64,000 nucleotides of DNA from Fimbriosthenelais zetlandica. Taxonomy: Eukaryota. A program made the position numbers and the translations under genes. Shown one piece after another: positions 22,571 to 36,189 of the stretch (position 1 is its first letter; each line of letters begins with the position of its first letter). The notes beneath the pieces are model-generated. The model was given only the letters and a program-made list of their open reading frames with translations. It made no database searches and had not been told where the DNA came from. The stretch spans positions 22,320,001-22,384,000 of the forward strand of contig OZ365113.1 of NCBI GenBank assembly GCA_977030845.1, written 5' to 3'.

Positions 22571-22690
22571 AACTATTTTTATGTCAACTAATTTTTATGT
22601 CTACTGACTTTGAAGTCAACTAATTTTTATGTCTACTGATTTTGAAGTCAACTGATTTTGAAGTCAACTAATTTGGAAGTCAACTAATTG
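22571..22690. repeat. 16-bp minisatellite (~7 units)
   Basis: GTCAACTAATTTTTAT / GTCTACTGATTTTGAA units at 16-bp spacing from 22583. Confidence 0.9.
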
Positions 22691-23698
22691 TTAGTTGATT
22701 TAGTTGAAAACCCCCAGATTCTGTTAAGTAGAAACATCCTGTATAACCTTGGAAATGAAGTCTCTTGTGGTTTAGATTTCGGTGCCCTCTTCAGGGCAAA
22801 AATAGATGAAAGGTTCAAAAGACATTACTTCACCCAAGAGAGTGGAGTAAAGGGCATAAATCCTTATAACTACCACAAACCTGAGTTAGGATCATCGACA
22901 GACATAAACCCCCTGAAAGCATCTGTACCTCGAGGGAGGTTTAGGTGGGAGGGTTCCATGTCTCACCGGCTCAGAGCTCTAGTGACGATTTATCCAAAGC
23001 ACACCCTCAATTATATATAGGCCAAGGACATACTTGTTTCTTACAGTTTTGGTCGTAAAGTATACTGTCTCCACATGTATAGTCAACGGATTAGAATCCA
23101 GTGAAAAAACAGGGGGAGGAATGCTTCTAGGAAATCTATAGGTTGTGTCATAGTGGCGTTTAAACATTTAGTTTGGACCATTTAGTTGTCACATACTGAG
23201 ATGGTCGCATGTTTAAATGGCTTAGTGGTGTTTAGGTGGTTCGTAATAGGTCAACTAACGGAGTAGTATAGGAAAATGGGGAGAAAGAGGAGGATTATTT
23301 TGTAAGATTCTCACTCCGGCCCTTTCTCCTCACCCCCACTCTCTCCCTCTCTCTCTCCATGCCTCTTCCCCCTTCTCCCTCTCCCTCCATCTCACCTTTC
23401 TCTCCCTCCTCTCCTTCCCCCACCAATCTCCTGAGAGAAGCACCATTCATATCCATCTTATTTGGTGACTCACTGACATGGATTCTGATAGGCAATTAAT
23501 ACTGAGGACGTGATCTGTCATTCATGTACCTCATCATGCTTAGAACTATGTAATTGCTTCATAACCTGTGAGTTTCGTACCCATCATTCGCCACTTCAAT
23601 GAATTTTAATTTATCAAAAGCTCTGCTCATTCAGCACATTTCAAGACAGAAGTTCGCACTTTTGATATCTATAGGTCTAAATCGTACTAATTAACTAG

Positions 23699-23830
23699 TA
23701 TAGGATAATTTAGATTAATTATTATAGGATAACTTAGATTAATTATTATAGGATAACTTAGATTAACTATTATAGGAAACCTTAGATTAACTATTATAGG
23801 ATAACTTAGATTAATTATTATAGGATAAAT
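23699..23830. repeat. 24-bp minisatellite (~5.5 units)
   Basis: TAGGATAACTTAGATTAATTATTA at 23701, 23725 and onward. Confidence 0.92.
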
Positions 23831-24830
23831 TAAATTGCATCCTTATAAGTCCCTGGTATATGAATTAGTTCAGTCATATGGTGGTCGCATTAATGATACT
23901 ATACTGTATATATATAAATCCCTGGTTCAGTCACGGAGTGGTCGCATTAGCGAAATTCAACTGTAACATCCTACCCATCCTCATTGTTATCCATCATAAC
24001 AAGGTAGAAATAACTGAGTCTTTTAACAACATCTCCTCTTACTGACTAATCATCCATTGACAGCCCCTCACACCACACCCCATTTATTCCTCCCATGAAA
24101 AATAACCCGTCCATGTCCCACTCGAGTAGCTCCCAGTCACCACTGGTTAATCGCTGCCCACCAAATGAGCAGAATACGAAAAGCCCCGCAGCATACATCA
24201 TCGTACTGTAGCTAGCTCACCTTCCCAACACCCGGCGGGGCCAAAACCGGACCGACTAACCACAGCAATTTCCTAGTTTGCCGCTTCGACCCGTGCCGTG
24301 AATAACAAATCACTGGGTCGGATCAGAATCAAAGTGTAAAAAAATGTCTGACATTTGCTGACTAGGTTAGCCCGGAGGGGATATGAGTTGTATGGGGGTG
24401 GGGGGGGGGGGGGGGGGGTTAGGGCTGGGGAGGGGCTCTACTCCCCGGTATTACATGAAGGGTCAGTCTGGTATGGTTACCCACGACATTTTATACTGTA
24501 AGATAGTCTGATCTATTGGTGGTGTAAAACCTAATGTTCTGTTGCCTGATTCGGGATCTATGCACCACCCAGCAGCTAGAGCTGCTTGCAGCAGTGAGGA
24601 GGCGATACCAGCACATTCTGAATAAGGCCATAAAAATGCTATCCTCACATGGACTAAAGAAAGGGAAGATAGAGATGGGTGGATATTGGATGTAACTGTG
24701 CGATTTGCTCTCCTCTCATAAATGGAGATTGGAAATGTGAATAAATAGGAAACAGAATGACTGTTTTATCAGTGGACCATGTGAATGGGAAAGGCAGTAG
24801 CCTACTCATGACAAGGCTTTCTGATATTAA

Positions 24831-25033
24831 AGCAACACTATCACTGACCAGTCACTAAATTCCCACTATATCAGTTTGTCCTAGATTAATGCTGTTTAAC
24901 CCAGATTCTAAGTTGGGCATTGGCTGGGAAACTAGGTTATTAGGTAACACTGTATATAGGTCTGCCCAGTAGTGAACCAGAGATTGACTATAGGTTTGAT
25001 TCAGGACAAGGAACTATCAGTGATAGAGCCATT
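24831..25033 (+). mobile_element. ~200-bp TTAA-flanked MITE (Kolobok-like), copy 2
   Basis: TTAA 24827-30 | AGCAACACTATCACTGACC ... ATCAGTGATAGAGCCATT | TTAA 25034-37; contains the family core TGCTGTTTAACCCAGATTCTAAGTTGGGCATTGGCTG. Confidence 0.75.
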
Positions 25034-26619
25034 TTAACCACTTCTTCAAGTTCTATTAATAATCTAATCCATATCAAATCCCTAGAAACGCAAAGTCATC
25101 CAGCAGTTGTGAAAGAAAAATAAGTTATATAGTTGTACACAGATTCATCACTTTGGGGAGATAAAAAAAGTTTCTGACCATCCCATAATATGGTGGCTTT
25201 TTTCCTGATTGGATTTCCAATATGTTAATGTGATAAGTCTCCAGAGGGAATCTGGAAGCTGAGGCTCCAGTCAAATAACGATTTTATTGGAGCCACCAGA
25301 GCATTAGTGGTGGTACGCATCGCGCAATTCAAAGTAGCGAAGAGCCACAAAACAGTCGCTGGGGGAAATGTCATTCCTATTCCGGAATATCCCTCAGTCA
25401 GTCTGTGTAGTAGTACACAATTCAGTCTAGCAGTCCAAAATAACAACTCTCTCTAGCCTGGACTTAATGAGTTGTCCATTCCTCTATTTTCCCGGGTGCT
25501 GCCGACCACCGACCACAAAAAAAAGCAATGTATGTGAAGGTCTATTTTTATTGTTTTTAAAAACAGAATCGGTTGTAGAGGGGCAGTGAGAGTGTGTAAT
25601 AATGGTGAAATATGGGGAATAGATGTGACGTGATGGTCCGGGGGTACACACCATCAACATGGATCCCATGCTCGTTCCATATATTCCTCACTTTTCAATG
25701 ATTTTTTTCTTGTAAAAAGTACATTTCATGTGAAGAATGGAGAGATTATGTGAGGTTGAAATATTATTCCTTCACAAACAAGAATATGATGACCTCCAAC
25801 AGATATGATTGAGTCTGAAAAGATTTCAGTCTGAATTACCAGATTCATTTTTTGAATAGTTCTTTGCCTGTTTCCTTCGTATTTTATGCTAAAAGATCCC
25901 CTTTTTCATTCTCAAAGAATGTGATCATAAAATCATAATATGATGTTATCAGCTTTACTAGTATTTACCTGCCATTAAGAATGTACCACTTCTTTTCTTA
26001 AAATGTGAATAAGATTGGTACCCACTTTACTTCTGAGTGCCCCAGGAGCAGAGGAAAAATCAATGGCAAAACTGGACAAATGGTTGGAATGTTGCAAAAC
26101 CACTTGTTATCCCAGATGGATGGACACAGTGGTGGAGGCGGCGAGTGGGTAAAGAAAGACAGGATTACAATGGGGGGTGGGGGGGGGGGGGGGGGTGGGG
26201 GGGGGGGTACAGGGGGAGGGGGTGATGGAACCACTCTTGAATAATTTTTAATTTGGATTCTTTGTGGGTTTTCATACAAGTTTCCATGCCAGTCTTTAAA
26301 AATGAAATTCAAGGGGGGTAGATCGGATCAGGGATGGGTCTGTGAGCAAGGGTGGGGGTTGAGGGGGTGGGCGGGGGGGGGGGGGGGGGTCAACCCTACC
26401 CATCCAGCTTGGGATCGGACCCTGGTTTAGATCCTTGTTGGTGGATCCACCCGTCATTAATTTCCAGGCAAGTACGCCCGCCTCTTGATAACTCAGTTCT
26501 GGTTCAGAACTCTGCCTGTGAAGACATTCAATTGCAAATAATTATCATGTAAATGGTTCATGCTGAAAAATACCTAGCAATCCCATGTCGTGGGTCTTTT
26601 CCTGCCTTGGCATGTAAAT

Positions 26620-27020
26620 ATTGAAAAAAAATACTTGGATTTGATTGCCTTGACCGAATGATGAATTCCGTTGCATTTAAGCGATTTCAACAATGTTTTA
26701 AATTCCGTTGATGAGGATTGAACATCTTTTAAGACATTTCCAGAGACGTAGCTAAACTCGTTTATGAATTGAAGACCTTTAGTAAACCATTTTGTATTAT
26801 AGATAATACAATAACAGATTATAAATGGTGCTGTGGACCTGTGCCGTAGTCTCATTTCTAATAATAGTGATCGCAAGCGCCATAGTTTCAAAAATTTACT
26901 GAACAGTGGCGTTAGCAGCATTGCCATTAGAGGGATCAGAGGACTGCTGGACGGGATTGGGACGGGAATGAGGTTTTGATAAGGAAGGCAAGCAACCAGT
27001 GTCATGTTCCTATTTAGAAA
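26620..27020 (-). mobile_element. Decayed Ty3/Gypsy LTR-retrotransposon integrase fragment
   Basis: The ORF at 26574-27029 contains, in the correct order, LVACLPYQ..P..SSPLIPL (zinc-binding CxxC then PLxP), RLRHRSTAPF..CIIYNTKWF (cf. RIHIDFAGPF..LIVVDAYSKW) and SSTEFKTLLK..NGIHH (cf. SxEFKxFL..NGIxH). Catalytic Asp residues are lost. Confidence 0.6.
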
Positions 27021-27299
27021 ACAAGACATTGCTAACCTCTTCGTGTATTATTCCACACCCAAGGCAGGTTCTGAGGTCACAGTCTGATCACGAGTAGCGG
27101 CAGAGTAAGAGTGTTGGGGTTGGGGTGGAGGAGGATATGTTGACACCATTCTAAATGAAGGCCACACGTGTCAGCTCGCCTGTAATGTATGTCAGGCGTC
27201 CAATCCCTCCATTATACATACTTCTTCTATACTACTTACATACATTGTGACCGCTTCCTCTAATACATTTACAGGGAGTGCAATGAATGAAATGCGATA

Positions 27300-27640
27300 A
27301 AATGCTCTTTGTTATTAACCCTCGCCGACCCTCGCCATTGACGATTTACTTGTACAACATAGGGTATATTTGCATAAAATTCTTCAATTCTTCATCAAAC
27401 ATGACAATAGTTCTTGTCTAAACTTCAGATATCATGAAATCCCCCTTTAGGATACTTCCACTTCCTGCTGTCTGCCTTTGGTTCGATTGCATGCCAAAGC
27501 AATGAGAAAAAACACTTTTGCCCAATTGACAGCAATCGACCGTGATAAAGTTCGTTGTGAGACCTTAATCCTGAGGGGTTAGGATTTGGAGAAAAAATGG
27601 AAGCCAGAATCTTGGCAGCAATGCCAGCTGTAGCCGTTAG
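27300..27640 (-). mobile_element. Possible LINE RT N-terminal remnant
   Basis: AGIAAKILASI...W..YPKGG..DKNYCHV loosely follows DGIPAKILK...WK.A.V.PI.KKG...NYRPV. Confidence 0.3.
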
Positions 27641-28569
27641 AACTATAAAAACACCCCCAAATCCCATCCCCACCCTCCGAATCCCCACCTCCCAATCCCC
27701 TGCCTACCCCTAACCTCACTTAATCAGTCCTTTTCAGCTGCCACCTTCTGAGAAGTCAAAAATCCACTCCTTTAATTATTCAAAAACTTCATCTGGCACT
27801 CGAGTACGCATGTGCATGATTGGGTGTAACTATAGCTAGACCAGTGATAGATATTCAGGGCTGATCTGCCTGTAGCTCTAGTATAATTATAAGAAATACC
27901 CCTGTCAGTTTTGTGATACATACAAATGTATTACCTGTGGGGTGGGTGGTGTCAGTTTATTATATTTATCATATCATAGGCTGGAGAGGCATGACAATGT
28001 CCTGTCCGTCAGTTTCTGATATACTATAGCGCAGTGTTCATCTGTGATTTGAAAATGGGGAACTACTCAATGAATAATCTTTTACGTTTTGATTAACAGT
28101 TTTTTTAAATATCAATTTTTCAGATTAGATCCAAATACAGACATGTGTATAATCTGTAAGATTTCTCTATAGTTCAGAGGGGAATAGACTTGACGTTGGC
28201 ATTACAGTATAAATCAATCGGGTCCAGATGGGTCATTCATTGCTCGATTGGGCCAACAATTTCAAACCTCAATCTGTCGGTCGGTCGGTCGGTCGGTGGG
28301 CAGCACATTGACTGGTGCAATTATCTTCTAGTAGTGGGAGAAGCTATGAAGGCGGGGAAAGATATGATTCATATATAATAGAGGGAGATGGAGGGAGTAA
28401 GGTGGTACAAGGCGGTGTGTAATACGGTCACTTAGTAACCACCCCCCGCTTAATGAATCACACGCCCAGGTGAATTATTAATGGTTAGCAATGGGCAAAT
28501 ACCGTGAGGTACCTTAATACCGAGCCGGCAATCCTGGAGGGGCAGGAAAACACCTGAGGCGTGAATAGG

Positions 28570-28697
28570 ATGAGAGGAGGTGAGAGAGGGGGAGATAGAG
28601 AGAGAAGACAGAGGAAGAGAGAGCCAAGTGAGAGATGGGGAGATAGAGAAAGAAGACAGGGGGAGATAGAGTGAGAGGGGGGGGGGGGGGGGGGGGG
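28570..28697. repeat. GA-rich tract ending in G21
   Basis: Direct inspection. Confidence 0.9.
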
Positions 28698-28989
28698 AGT
28701 TTCATACTTAAATCAAGATGAGCTTGCTCATTTGATAATTGTATCCGACAGAAAATGGCTGAGATGATGATCATGTACATGTTCTGCACATTCTGTGCCT
28801 AAAGAATTTTTGCCTCAAGTATAATGTTCTCTTTGAATTACCATAATTATGGCAGTTAAATACAACATTTGGAACCTTAGCTGATGGAGAACAGAGGTTT
28901 CGAAATGACAGATATTTGTCTTAAAATGTTATGTAATTATAGAGTCACTGTGGTCTCTAGGATGTAGGCCTACATGACATTTGTACTAC

Positions 28990-29650
28990 TTGGCAATAAG
29001 TGAGAGACGAGGCATATAAAGTCCACACTCACCAATACTACCACTGTACTGACTACAAACCCAAAACAAACCTCTTATATAGGGGGGCAACGGGAGCTTC
29101 CCCTGTTTCCAAGTGAGGTTTGTCTGTCCTCTGATTGGACATTGCATGGTGCTGTATAATGTATGCCAACTTGATGACCCCCTATAAAGCCTTCCAAAAC
29201 TTGGCAATAATATAATATTGAAACACCAAATGTTACAATATTGCAGGGATGAAGGAACCGATTTAACCAATTGCATTAACAATCGAGATCTCAACACCAG
29301 AATTGCTTGTTGGAGGTCCCAGGTTCAATTCCCCCAATATTGTCCAAATTTACCATGCATGAATAATAATAAGTTTATTCAAGCAACAAATGTATACATG
29401 TGACATTTTTGTTGGGCTATGGCTTGATGTTGGACTCCATATAGCATGAGATGAATGGAGTAGTTTGTGGTGAAGGGCTGGTTGTAGGCAGTAAAACAGC
29501 CGTGTAGTGTGGGAATGTGACAGCCCACCAAGTTGAGCATAATAAAGCATGGCAGATAGCCAGAATGATAAAAGTAGGTCAATTTGATTATCCCCGCTAA
29601 GTATGAAGACATCTCTGAGGACAAAGAACAAATAAGACCTGTTCACATTA
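28990..29650 (-). mobile_element. Decayed non-LTR retrotransposon, CRE/RLE-clade-like
   Basis: RLFYCLQPALHHKL (cf. QGDPLGPLLFCLALQP.L.KL) followed downstream by NLTWKQGKLPL..Y.RGL (cf. D..W.QA.LP...GGLG). By-eye match. Confidence 0.4.
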
Positions 29651-30815
29651 TATGATGGACTAGCAATGGGATCCTAATATAATCCATTGTTCATAAAGGG
29701 ACACATTTGTTTTCTGACTAGAAATTGTACTTCTGTCAAAATTAATGAGTTTACATCTTGTATTTATATAATTTATTCCATTACCACCTAATGAGTTAGG
29801 TAGGACTAAATGAAATCTTTTCTAAGTATGTTCAGGCATGAACTAATTTAGCCTATATTCATTGCAACATACATGTAGGCTAATATAACAAGATTTTGAT
29901 AACTTATTTGTCTGCCTCGTCCTGTATTGTTATTTTTTTAGTGGAGACCACAAGTGATGGAAGGAAATGTAAACGTTTACTCTAAACACCCTAAAAAGAA
30001 TCCCCATCTGATTGATAAATCATTTTTTGGGACAATCGATAAACATTTAGATTAAAGGGAGACCCACTGAGGAACAAAGGCAATGACAAACGGGGCTCGT
30101 AATGAAAGCTAGCGTCAAGTCCATGAGACGGACAACTTTTATAGTCCCCAGGCAGCCAGTGGGTGTATCTGCCGCCTCAATTGAAGGCTTCAGTTCATAA
30201 TTACACCGACAAAGTCCTTGCTCATTGTCATGTAATTAGAAATGACAATAACGCGATTAAAAGATACAGGCTACCATGTGGATCACTTCACCAATCACTC
30301 CGCCACAGAAAGTAGTCCCTACATCCCTACATATGTCTAGGCGGACTACTTTATCAAATTATGGGATGGGATTCGATTCGCTGCTTGTAAGGAATGTCTT
30401 ATCGAATCAACCGTGACATCTCAAGCAGGCGAAAAAAGATGCTTCATTTGCACAGTGAAGTTGGCTTTCTTAGCTTTTGTGGCTAAAAGTATGTCTTTCT
30501 ATCACAGTATGGACATATCAGATTTGATTATTTTCAAGATGGCGATTATTTAGGGCCGGAATACTTCCTTTGGTGTACGTATTTGGGTCAGGGAACAATT
30601 TTGTTGCTAGCCTTGTCAGAATAGCTTTCTTCATTCTGAAATTGGGTGAAAAATTCACCCCCATCAATTAGCTTCTCCTCTTCAAGTAAAAATTGGAAAC
30701 CAATACATCAAAAAGGAAAATAATTAAAGGGTGGATAATTGTATGTTATAAACGTGTGAAATTTGCCGTGAAAATTGAGTCGAAGAAGGCAATTTGGAAG
30801 CAAGTTGGTGAAATT

Positions 30816-30950
30816 ACTCACCCGCTTCTTACTTCGTTTAGCGACAAACTAGGACGAGTATCAGCTGACTGAGATAAATTATATTTGACTTGCCATATCA
30901 TTTATTGGCCCTATGATCACGTGGCCTTGCCTGTCATCGCTCATTGGCTG
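30816..30950 (-). promoter_or_regulatory. Candidate minus-strand promoter and short first exon
   Basis: Two minus-oriented CCAAT boxes (30904-08, 30943-47), E-box CACGTG (30918-23), then donor GAAGCGG|GTGAGT at 30822/30821. Confidence 0.3.
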
Positions 30951-32440
30951 AGCGGACGAGGAAACATGTCTGCTTGGTCAAGCTTTGATCATGACGTTCT
31001 GTCCCGGCCCTCACTGACAGGTTGCCAATAATCATGGGAAACTTGGGATGAACTGATGGGGTGGGGGAGGAGTTGGGGCGGCACGAGTTGGGGGGGGGGG
31101 GGCGTTGGTATGTACTGAATTCAATAAATAGCGTTCAGGAGAAAGGAAATGATACAGCATTGAAGAGGAAGAAGGAAAGGACAACATGTGTTGTGGGGAA
31201 GAAAAAATAAGTGAACCGGTAAAAAATGGGCACAGATCCTTTGAGAATTTCATGCCCGACATGATTTCTAATTGAAACCCTTAATAGAGTAGGGAATAGG
31301 GACCAGGGAGGACAACAGATGGGACAGAAATGGGAGGTAGGGTTTAGAGTGAGAGGTCTATATGGTAGTGGATTGGGAGGGGCCGGGGGATAGGCCTAAT
31401 GGTTTATAGAGGTAGCTGGGCTATAAGGGATGGGTTGAGAGATAGTTTGACATAAAGGGATCAATAAACGTCATATCTCTCACTGCTTGGTTTGATGGAT
31501 TGTCAGGGATGAGGACAAATAGGGTATAAACCACTTCTACCTGACCTTGAGACTGCCCTGCCCTGGATACTGACACGGCCATCTTGGTTTGTCATAGCAA
31601 CAATCCAAACAATATCACAATTGAATTTAATGGGTATTTTATGGATTTGACTAAGCAGAAATTTGAACAGATAGCAGGAGAATACATTCTTTATAGGTCA
31701 TCTTTAGGATGATTTTTTTCTTTGTTTGAGATGGCACATTACATAGTTACATTTTCACATGTCGCTTTGAAGTTTTTAAAAAGTCTTTCGTGAGAAGAAA
31801 TTATCAAAAGTTCCATGTTCTCAAAGTATTCTTATTCACTTGAGGTAATTTAAATAAAGGGGGTTGCTTCTGAAACGAAGACCTGCAGGCATGTGTATGC
31901 TGCCCCTTAAACCAAAGATAATCAAATACACTATTCCTTAGAACAAGGTATGGGAAGCAGGATGGCAACCCGCTTCAACGATTATGCCAATTGTAACACT
32001 GCAAGTGACTGACAAATGTCCGATGGCATACATTTTGCTTTTCATTTTAACACTTTGTTTTTTTCTGTACCGGTACCATAAACATCGATCTACACATTAG
32101 TCAATGTGTAATGGGAATGCCGTGGTACGGCCGATGTACCTCTTGCTCTATTATACTCCAAATGGCAGCTCTTTTCCCACAATTTGTCTCGTGCTGCTCC
32201 TCAATTTCTTGCGTGACTTCGTGTCTAGAGGTAAAATCAATTCTGTTTTTGTGAGTGGAATGAATAGACGGTAGGTTTTATTAAAAAGAAACAGAAGGCT
32301 GCGATTTGAGGCAATTGCCATCTTGCATGGATGGAAAATGTGGATTGAGGAGTCTAGTAATGTAAGGGGATGAAGAAGAGTTTCTATTTTGTTGTTATCC
32401 AACCTTGAGATCTACTTATGGTTTACATTTGTGGGACCTG

Positions 32441-32507
32441 GGGCCTATTTGAAAAGACAAATGATCAATGCTTAGTCTATAGCTAAATTTTGCTATGAAA
32501 TGGGCTC
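32441..32507. mobile_element. Degenerate miniature PIF/Harbinger-type hairpin
   Basis: CTG|GGGCCTATTTGAAAA ... CTATGAAATGGGCTC|CTG; 3-bp CTG duplication; TIRs match at 10/15. Confidence 0.45.
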
Positions 32508-35500
32508 CTGGTTCATGGATATCTTAATATTCAATTATATAAGTCTTCAATACCTCCTCTAAATTCATACCAAGCTTCATACCGACTTTAATACGGTCAT
32601 AATTTTTAACTATACACAACATTAGCCATAGAGCGATCTATGCATCATACATTCCTTCGAGGTCTTCTCCTTCCGTACAATAGCAGAATTTTAAATGCTC
32701 AAACGAGAAAACAAACACTTGAAAGTATAGGAGAAGGGTATTTTGTTCTTTGTTTGGAGGTTTTCAGAAAGCAGGTCAATAGCTAAGCTCTTCACTTGTT
32801 CCCTACTGAGTGTCTTACTGACCCTTAGGACGTGAAGATGGGCCATCGATCATGATTACCTACCCTCAAACCACTGACCATTCCCCTACACAATAGATAG
32901 GCTATTCATTCTCAACAGATTCAGATGCTCAACATCCTGGGAAATTTAATGTCTTATTATAATGTCTTCATTTCCACTTTTCATTTCATTTTCATTTTCT
33001 TGCTAATATTGTAATTTTTCTAGCTATAGGTCCTTCTAATCAGGATACTGGTATAAAATGAAATAATAATTAGGTTAATTACACTAATTAGCATTAGCCT
33101 AATGGCTTGGCTAATGAACTGCACCGAATAACATTAAAAACCAAGTAGGCAGACTCCATGAAACTAGTTTAGGGAGGGTTTCATTGTGTTATCTATAAAT
33201 AGTATAACACCCATAGTGGATTTGGATCAGTTATTCTAATTAGCACTGTTTCCCTTTTCCTTGGCAATTGCAGCAGCCGTAGAAACGTAGCAAAGTCTTG
33301 AAGGGCTAATTTGTTTAGCTGATCGCAAGCTGCGAGTAGGGCCTTGTGCTTTTCCAACCCTTCAGGCCATGCAAATTTCCACTATTGCGACCCATTGCTT
33401 CATATCTGTAGCAAGAAACAGATTCACAACAGTCGCAACTGAAAAAAAACTCAGCGGGGCAACCCGAGGGGGCTAAATGTCAAGGGGAAGTCACCATAAG
33501 TGACAAGTACCAAGCTTTAGGTATTTTTCCCCAGTGTTTTCCCTCGCCAGAAGAAGTCATTAGTGTCTAATCTCTACCTATTATAGCTGGCCTTACTTGT
33601 AAACCTCCTTTATCTCATCACCTCTGGTTAGCACTGCTCCTAAATCGGGCTGAGAAGTGGAAAATTGCGCTAGTTGCCTCTCTGGAGGACATCAGCTATC
33701 ACATGTAGTGGATCAGATAAGACCAGCAGCTCGGCCTCCCCAGCCACTCCCAGCCACCGTCCACAACCCATGGCTTCCCGCTGAGTCTCGACCAGTCTCA
33801 CTAGACCTGTCAGATCGTGCCCGGTGCTTCTGTACCCTCCGGTTTTTTACCCGACCATCAGTTGGCTCGGCCCAGACTCCCAAAGGACACCCCGCCTTCC
33901 CGTCTTAGATAAAAAGCTCCGTGCCCCGTAAAAAAACTGAACGGCAGCACAGAGTATCTGACTTCTCATTGACCTTGGGTCAGCGCCAAGGTCACATGGT
34001 CACCAGGGTTCTCTCTTTGTCTATTGTCACTGGATGTCGGCTGGAAGCATTGGAAGATGATGACAAATTATTATGGGTTAGCTTGGTTGGAGGAATGCAA
34101 TGTCTGACAGGGGTCGATTCTAGTCTGGCCAGGAGGAGGTAGGGAGGTGGTTACCATCCTATCCCCAACTCCCACCACAGAGGTCACCAAACACCAGCCC
34201 TAATTTTGTCTAATGAAAAATACAATTTTCTCAGAAAAATCAAGTAGCCGTACAAAAGTAGCAAATTGCAGGACCCGCTGCACCTACTGATCTGTATCAA
34301 CCTGTGTCTGATGTATGGGGGGCAGTGTGTAGGGGAGGCAAGCAGCTGTAGGTCTATACCCTGTGGTGGCTGGGGCTTAACACTGAGTGCCAGACAGGCT
34401 CAGTATATATATGTACAACCCAAGCTTTGTTACATCCATGTGATTGAAAAGTATAATACAATACAGGGTCATTGTAAACCATCCAGCTGGATTAAACCGT
34501 AGATGACGTCCCACACAGTCTGTCAAAATTCAATATTCCACCCTGTAAAGCTTCCAGGGCCATCTAAGTTATGATTTACTCTAACGATTCTGACATTACA
34601 GAAATGACAACTAGGTATTTAATTGCATAAAATCTAATATAAATTATTCCCAAACTTTATATCCCTCTTATATACCACTTGGTGCGCTTGAAATTATCGT
34701 GCTTCACAAAGTTTTTCTTTCAATGCATTACGTGCTCATGCCATTAGATTATTATGTAGGCTGTGGAAGGGAGAACTAAAAGGATTGAATAAATGGATTG
34801 ATAAAACGCTTTTATGAGTCTCTCCTTAAACGTAATGAATATATTAAAGAGTGGAGAGGTTGGTGAGTGAGAGGGCCTGTAAAAAACAAGCCTTCACCAA
34901 GCCAGCAGAAGATCTGTAATGAGCTGGAAGCATGATCTCCCACCCTAATGGAATGAACCATAGAAACGCCGTACCATCCCTCAAGTGATTCTTAGCTTTG
35001 CATGAGAGTCCTTACCCCATCCATATTGATTCATAATTTACACATGGCTGAGGTTTCTCACTAGATTGCCAACTGCCTTCAGGACCCTGCACTGCTTTAC
35101 TTTCCCTTAAGCTCGTGCTCCACTAAACCTGTTGTCTGCTGGCAGCCAAGGTGATTCATTTCCTGTAATTTGATTTACAGGGTTGGGCTTTAGTCCGGGC
35201 ATTGAAAATTGAAAAAAAGGATTGTTCGATCCTTATAATTTTATGTTCAAATGAAAGCCTCTAGAGTGTTAGTAACTGGGTCATCAAAGGTCAGCCATGT
35301 CTTCCATTGGCATTGTATGTTGTGAGAGGTATGTAAAAGCACAGCAAAATTTCCTACTGCATTTAACCTACTGAGGGTCATATAAAAACCTTTTGTGCCT
35401 GTTAATAAGGGCAGACCTTATTAGATTCAACAGTGAGTTTCCTCTTCGCAATATGTCCCAGCATGTTGCTGATATTTTAAACCAATGAAAAACCTTTCAG

Positions 35501-36189
35501 CCTTGTGGATTCAAGGCATTAAAAGATCAAACCCGGATTTATAGACCAACGACAACCTCCTCCCAATCACACTGGCTTTACATGCCTGGGAATTAAGGTG
35601 TAAGCTATCACTGAGTCTGACCTCTCACAATGATTTACAGCATGATATCCACACTCCCTCCGCTTCCATTTTAACTGATAATCAACCCGCCACATCAGCT
35701 ATGACCAGAATCAGAGGCCGATTTATTGGCCGGGGTAAAGTCATGCCGTGACCCAAATATCAGTTTCCTGTGCGGCCACACAACACGGTGTCCGATAGTC
35801 GGCTCTTAAACAAGATATTGTCAAACCAATGGTCCATAGTTGTCAACTAGATAATTCTATTTTCTTGCCGTGTATTGATTCTGCGGGGATTCCCCTTTAT
35901 GTTGCGCCTTCTCTAATCACCAAAGCTTTAATCATTTTAAGTCTGAAGTGGTTTGCAATGTTAACAGAAAAAGTATATTAATCATAGAAGTGACATTTGA
36001 TTAATCAAATCACGTTTGTCCAGAATTTTACTGTGAATTCACTCTCAACTTATCACTTTGCTAAAATAAGAAATTTAGAGTTGAAATTGACTGTAACTGA
36101 CAGGTTTTGACCGCTGACTGGAGTGGTCCAGAGTGCCTGGGCCTACATAATCCCACTGTTTTACTCTAATGCATTATGGTTTTAGGACT

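Noticed and set aside
22097-23170. Possible Penelope-like RT fragments (AVSICSD; TVYFTT)
   Set aside because: The matches are too short and not convincingly colinear.
24830-25100. Minus-strand 'KMALSLIVPC' frame initially read as a DIRS fragment
   Set aside because: The segment is explained by the TIR and core of the TTAA MITE.
31000-31009. TGTCCCGGCC, the 3' half of miR-92
   Set aside because: The seed TATTGCAC is absent and there is no hairpin.
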